Source: Actinomycetota bacterium
Lineage (GTDB): Bacteria > Actinomycetota > Acidimicrobiia > Spongiisociales > UBA5794
DNA: 64,000 bases
Direction of reading: 5' to 3'
Assembly (NCBI GenBank): GCA_030123765.1
Contig: JASJXX010000003.1
Span: forward strand, 10,795 to 74,794
The position numbers and the translations under genes were made by a program. This document shows, in pieces, positions 59,995 to 64,000 of this stretch. Under the pieces are notes generated by a model. It ran no database searches, was not told where the DNA came from, and saw only the letters and a program-made list of their open reading frames with translations. Position 1 is the stretch's first letter. Every line of letters begins with the position of its first letter.

Positions 59995-60774
59995 TCACGG
60001 CGCACCAGCGAGGGTGCGTAAGCCCAGCAGCGTCGGATAGATCAGGAACACGAGAGCGGTTGGAACCATAAGGGCGAGCACGGGTCCGTACGTGATGATC
60101 GCCCTCCTGCCCCCTTCGGCCGTGAGGTCTCTGGAGAGAGCGGCCCTGTAGTCGACCGCGAGATCGCCGAGGGCGTCCGCGACCCTGCCGCCCGTCGCAT
60201 GGGCATGGCTCAGGGTGTCGTAGAGTCGTCTGGCGTCGGGATGCGCCGTGGCGCGTGACGCCTCAGCGAGCGCCGCTGGCAAACCCTCTCCGGCGTCGTG
60301 TGCACACGTCACCGTACGAAGCTCTTGTGAGGCGATGCCCTGGAATTCCTCTACCACGGACCGGATCGACACGATGATCGACTCACCCGCGATCACGTGA
60401 AGTGACATCGCGTCCGCTACCACGGGGAGTTCAAATCTCAGACGACGCGCCCTGCGTTCTCTGAGGGTGGTGCGACGCATCGACCACAGCACCCATCCCG
60501 CGCCTGCGCCGAGTCCTGCCATCGCTGGACCCGAACGGGTGCCACCGGAGAGAAAGAGGTCTCCTTGAGCCACGAGCAGGCCCACGAATGCCCCACCGAT
60601 GGCAGCAAAGACTCCGGCGGCGGGGACCGCGAGCGACCATCGAGAGCGCTCTTCCTCGTCGCGTCGGGGAGAGAGATACGACTCCAGGGAGACTGCGATC
60701 GAGGCTCGCCTCGCCGGAACGACGACGAAGTACACACTGAGACCTGCGAGACATGCGGTCAGCCACGTCATGTG
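59995..60774 (-). CDS. tadC: Flp pilus assembly protein TadC (T2SS-F domain)
   Basis: Membrane protein with a T2SSF fold; its start abuts the tadB stop. Confidence 0.7.
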   Translation of the reverse strand, partial: HMTWLTACLAGLSVYFVVVPARRASIAVSLESYLSPRRDEEERSRWSLAVPAAGVFAAIGGAFVGLLVAQGDLFLSGGTRSGPAMAGLGAGAGWVLWSMRRTTLRERRARRLRFELPVVADAMSLHVIAGESIIVSIRSVVEEFQGIASQELRTVTCAHDAGEGLPAALAEASRATAHPDARRLYDTLSHAHATGGRVADALGDLAVDYRAALSRDLTAEGGRRAIITYGPVLALMVPTALVFLIYPTLLGLRTLAGAP

Positions 60775-61571
60775 AAGAGCCTCGGCGCGGCGCTCAGCCT
60801 CGCTGCTCGTCGTGCGAGAATCCATCCAAGGCTCGTGGCCACGAACCCTCCCGCCACCACGACCATGCCCTCCGGCGTGTCGAAGGTCTCTGCGGCCTGT
60901 GGGTTCGTTGCGATGGAGAGTGCCAACAGGGCCCACGGGGCGATGAGTGCCACAGTTGCGGTCCAGCGCTGCTCCGTGAGCGCAGCATCGTGCGCCTTGC
61001 GGAGTCGGATCTCGTCAGCTACTGAGGCGCCGAGTGCTGCGAGCACGTCGCCCACCCGGCGACCACCGCTGCCGTGGGCGATCATCAGGGTAGCCAGCAC
61101 GCGGTCTGCGATCGGATCTTGCAGTTCGCTGCGTACTTCGAAAAGCGCGGCGTCGAATCCCGCGCCGTACATGACCTCCTCCCGGACATGAATGGCGTAT
61201 CGCTTGAAATCGCCTCCGATGCGATCCGCTGCATCCACGAAGGAGTCCGGAAGTGTCGCACCTGCAGCGACGGAGGACCGAAGATGGGCGAGAAAATCCG
61301 GCCACTGATCGGTGCGTTCACGCTCGCGCCGCTCCAGGCGGGAGAACTCGAATCGAGCGGGTATCGCCGAGCACAGCACTCCGATGGCGAGAGCAGGCGC
61401 CCTGGTGCCAAGGAGGCCGTACGCGATGATCGCGGCCAGGGCACCGGCGAACAGGGCGCCCGCTACTACGCGGAGACGGATCTTGGGAACTCGCCAAGCA
61501 ATCGACGGAATCCCTCCGACAACGAGCACCCACACGGCGCAGGCGGCCGCCAGGGCAGCGACGCCCCTCAT
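60768..61571 (-). CDS. tadB: Flp pilus assembly protein TadB (T2SS-F domain)
   Basis: Hydrophobic N- and C-terminal helices with a cytoplasmic T2SSF domain. Confidence 0.7.
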   Translation of the reverse strand: MRGVAALAAACAVWVLVVGGIPSIAWRVPKIRLRVVAGALFAGALAAIIAYGLLGTRAPALAIGVLCSAIPARFEFSRLERRERERTDQWPDFLAHLRSSVAAGATLPDSFVDAADRIGGDFKRYAIHVREEVMYGAGFDAALFEVRSELQDPIADRVLATLMIAHGSGGRRVGDVLAALGASVADEIRLRKAHDAALTEQRWTATVALIAPWALLALSIATNPQAAETFDTPEGMVVVAGGFVATSLGWILARRAARLSAAPRLFT

Positions 61572-62584
61572 GAGGGATCACCAAAATACTGCTCTGCATC
61601 CGTTGCACCGCCAACCCTCGCCAGGCGTGAGCGCGAGCAGACGAAGATCGGTTCGACGATGAACACGGATGGGTCCATCTGCTCAGGGACTCCGAGTATC
61701 TCGTGGACATGACGGCCATCGGGACTCCGTTTGACGAACACGACAAGGTCGATGACCGACGCGATGGTGCGCCTGAGAAATGGGATAGAGATATTCTCCC
61801 CGGCGAGCACCCCGTACGAGACAAGCTTCTCGAGTGCGTCGAGTCCCGAGTTCGCGTGGATCGTCGCCATCCCGGAGCAACCCGCGTTGAGCGCCATCAA
61901 CATGTCCAGAGCTTCAGGACCTCGCACCTCCCCAACGACGATGCGATCGGGCCGCTGCCTGAGTGCCTCTCGCACGAGGTCCCGCAGAGTGATCGCTGCG
62001 CCACCGTCGAGGCCGGACTCCCTTGTCTGCATCTGTGTCAAGTCAGGTAGGTCCACATCAATCTCGAAGACTTCCTCGCAAGTCACGACCCTGCGATCAG
62101 GAGGCACCTCGCGGAGGAGACAGTTGACAAGCGTGGTCTTCCCCGCGCCGGGAGCACCGGCGATGAGAATCGTTGCGTCCCCGACGACTGCCTGTCGCAG
62201 GAATAGTGCCGCCTCTGTCGTCATCGCTTCCCTGTCGACAAGGTCGTCCAGGTCAGAGGCGGTGACGACGAACTTGCGGATCTGGATGTTCATGCGCTCG
62301 GGGTGCGTCACGGGAGGCCCGGTGATGTGTACCCGGCTCCCGCCAGGGAGTTGGGCCGACACGATCGGATTCGCCTGATCGACCCGTCGACCGGTACCCG
62401 AGAGCAACTGATCTGCAATCCGGCGGATCGTTGCAGGATCGACAACCGTGTTGATGAGTTCCTTCACACCATTGCGGACGATGAACGTGCGGGCACCACC
62501 GATGACGATGATCTCCTCAATCATGGGATCTTCAAGAAGTTCCGCGAGGTAGCCGTAGCGCGCGCCGTGCTCCAAGGGACTCAT
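61568..62584 (-). CDS. tadA: Tad secretion ATPase TadA/CpaF (short form)
   Basis: GAPGAGKTT Walker A; VGEVRG; T2SS-E fold. Confidence 0.85.
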   Translation of the reverse strand: MSPLEHGARYGYLAELLEDPMIEEIIVIGGARTFIVRNGVKELINTVVDPATIRRIADQLLSGTGRRVDQANPIVSAQLPGGSRVHITGPPVTHPERMNIQIRKFVVTASDLDDLVDREAMTTEAALFLRQAVVGDATILIAGAPGAGKTTLVNCLLREVPPDRRVVTCEEVFEIDVDLPDLTQMQTRESGLDGGAAITLRDLVREALRQRPDRIVVGEVRGPEALDMLMALNAGCSGMATIHANSGLDALEKLVSYGVLAGENISIPFLRRTIASVIDLVVFVKRSPDGRHVHEILGVPEQMDPSVFIVEPIFVCSRSRLARVGGATDAEQYFGDPS

Positions 62585-63624
62585 CTCGCTCCACCCGCTG
62601 CAGCAACCGAGCGAGTGAATCGCCGGCCCGGCAGCCTTGCTGCAATGGTCGCTCGTCGAACCTGCCGTCGGTCGAGGACGACCGCCACAGGCTCAAGTCC
62701 GGTCCAACGCCGGGCTGCTTCGATCATCTGGCCGCGATCCCTCACCGACACCCTGTTCAACACGAGTCTCGGCTGCGGGCCGATCCAGTCCGAAACCACT
62801 TGCGCAGCCCTCACCACACCGACGGCCGACGCGTCGACGACGAGTAACGCGTTATCCGACGCCTCGATGATCTGCCTGCCATCGGGCACTGAGCCGATAT
62901 CGAGCACCACTTCACCGAACTCTGCGGCTGCTGCGTCGATGACGCCCGCGATCATGGAAGCACGAAGCGGGGTTTCTCCCGGTCGGTGCGAACCCGTGAT
63001 CACCGAGAGTGACCCAACCTCGTGGATACACCGTTCGTCGATCGATCCTGAAGACCGTACGGCGTCGGCTGCATCGGTGAGGTCCGGGCGAGCGGGCAGT
63101 CCGAGTCTCACGGCGAGCGCAGGCGCTGCGAGATCGGCGTCGACAAGCACGACGGACGATCTCCTCGAGCGATCCATCGCGTAGGCGAGAGCAATCTCCG
63201 TGCATCCCGGCGCTCCCCGTGCTCCGACGACGACAGTGACGACGCCTCGACTCTCGACTACGACTTCACGGACGCTCGGTGCGACGAAGCGGACGGCTTG
63301 GACGAGTGCAGCGACGTCGATGGAGTCCGGGACGACTTCGTTCGCTCCTCCCTGTTCGAGGAGCTGTGCTGCGGGTGCATCCCCGACCGGATGAACTCCG
63401 ATCACGCCGAAGCCCAGCCGACGCCATGTCATGATCTGCCTCGGCGTCACCCAGGCAATCTCGCCACCTGCCACGACAACGTCGATCTCGCTCGACCTGG
63501 TCTCGATCTCTGAGGGCTGGTACGCCCTCAGCACGATTCGGAGCGAAGCGGTCTCCCTCGCGTAGGCGACGAGTCCCGGCTCCCATTCCCGGGCCGACAG
63601 CACCGTTGCGACACGGATCGTCAC
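62581..63624 (-). CDS. tadZ: TadZ/CpaE-like ParA/MinD-family assembly protein with N-terminal receiver-like domain
   Basis: GARGAPGCTEIALAYA deviant Walker A. Confidence 0.7.
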   Translation of the reverse strand: MTIRVATVLSAREWEPGLVAYARETASLRIVLRAYQPSEIETRSSEIDVVVAGGEIAWVTPRQIMTWRRLGFGVIGVHPVGDAPAAQLLEQGGANEVVPDSIDVAALVQAVRFVAPSVREVVVESRGVVTVVVGARGAPGCTEIALAYAMDRSRRSSVVLVDADLAAPALAVRLGLPARPDLTDAADAVRSSGSIDERCIHEVGSLSVITGSHRPGETPLRASMIAGVIDAAAAEFGEVVLDIGSVPDGRQIIEASDNALLVVDASAVGVVRAAQVVSDWIGPQPRLVLNRVSVRDRGQMIEAARRWTGLEPVAVVLDRRQVRRATIAARLPGRRFTRSVAAAGGAR

Positions 63625-64000
63625 GGTGCAACCCTCACGAGGTCGATGCCACCGGTCCTCGTCGCTGAGACGATCAAGCCAGCCAGATCGTCGTCAACGG
63701 CGAGGAGAAGATTCACACGCCCCCTATCGACAGAAGACTCCGACGCGACCACGTCCACGACGTAGACATCTGTGGCCAGCAGTTCAGTTCTCGAGTCGGT
63801 GTCAAAGCCACCGTCCATCGTGACATATACATCGACACGGTCCCCCGCGGCAAGCCTGCCAAGCACGGCGTGAGCCCCATCGAGGGAGAGAGCGATCACG
63901 TTCGGGAACTCGACGAGCTCCGGTGGTTGAAGTAGCGATCCGATGAGTGGCTCGCCCTCCGCGAGCGGAACACGGAGAGACCACTCCGCCAGATCGCCGA
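63621..64000 (-). CDS. cpaB: CpaB/RcpC-family pilus assembly protein, C-terminal part (continues past the window end)
   Basis: Own translation shows no stop up to 64000: ...GERVDVYVT...LLAVDDDLAGLIVSATRTGGIDLVRV. Confidence 0.6.
   Translation of the reverse strand, partial: GDLAEWSLRVPLAEGEPLIGSLLQPPELVEFPNVIALSLDGAHAVLGRLAAGDRVDVYVTMDGGFDTDSRTELLATDVYVVDVVASESSVDRGRVNLLLAVDDDLAGLIVSATRTGGIDLVRVAP

Noticed and set aside
1-64000. CRISPR arrays, rRNA genes, IS elements and intact prophage
   Set aside because: No spaced direct-repeat arrays and no transposase or integrase ORFs were found. The only mobile-element trace is the primase fragment at 400-756.

Overview
This 64 kb window is high-GC (about 65-70 %) bacterial chromosome. 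It looks like core genome of an Actinobacteria-like lineage: an nrdR / LysM / lexA arrangement with Cheo-type GAAC-N4-GTTC LexA boxes, a mycothiol-type TIGR03083 enzyme and a tRNA Val-Cys-Gly cluster. It also carries RNase Y and RNase J and a Firmicute-like cinA-thpR-recA-rny gene order.

Gene content read from the ORF track and my own translation of unlisted regions:
- Window start: a partial DUF302 gene, a P4-family primase C-terminal fragment (remnant of an integrated element), then three tRNAs (Val-GAC, Cys-GCA, Gly-GCC).
- SOS core: dut, nrdR, an SOS-type secreted LysM protein, and lexA with three LexA boxes.
- Translation/housekeeping run: dapF-miaA-miaB, rny, recA (with its own LexA box), thpR, cinA, rimO, a PHP phosphatase.
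- An RpiR-associated operon: 2,3-aminomutase (KamA family), CoA-transferase A and B, and a class-III aminotransferase. I read this as a candidate beta-amino-acid catabolic cluster.
- A pabB-pabC fusion, fadD, ftsK, rnj, dapA, a thioredoxin-TPR protein, dapB, an M16 peptidase and arfB.
- A CobT-like vWA/HExxH protein next to a CobS-like AAA_5 ATPase with non-canonical Walker residues.
- A degenerate yajQ N-terminal relic, a small ORF, intact yajQ, a PpnN-like LOG protein, a TIGR03083 enzyme and BtpA.
- A palindrome-guarded operon of a coiled-coil protein plus a DUF4032 kinase-like protein; usp; an ABC exporter; a lipoprotein; an LplA-family protein; an aroQ-alpha/beta-hydrolase fusion; class-I aminotransferase; serC; sixA; ltaE.
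- dnaE2 with a perfect LexA box over its start, a divergent small ORF plus ACT protein, dxs, and a prenyltransferase-repeat protein.
- A complete tad/flp pilus locus (cpaB partial, tadZ, tadA, tadB, tadC, flp, three TadE/G-like genes). The flp pilin gene is absent from the ORF track.

No CRISPR array, rRNA gene or intact mobile element was found. Coordinates I derived by hand (tRNAs, boxes, hairpins, flp) may be off by 1-2 nt.
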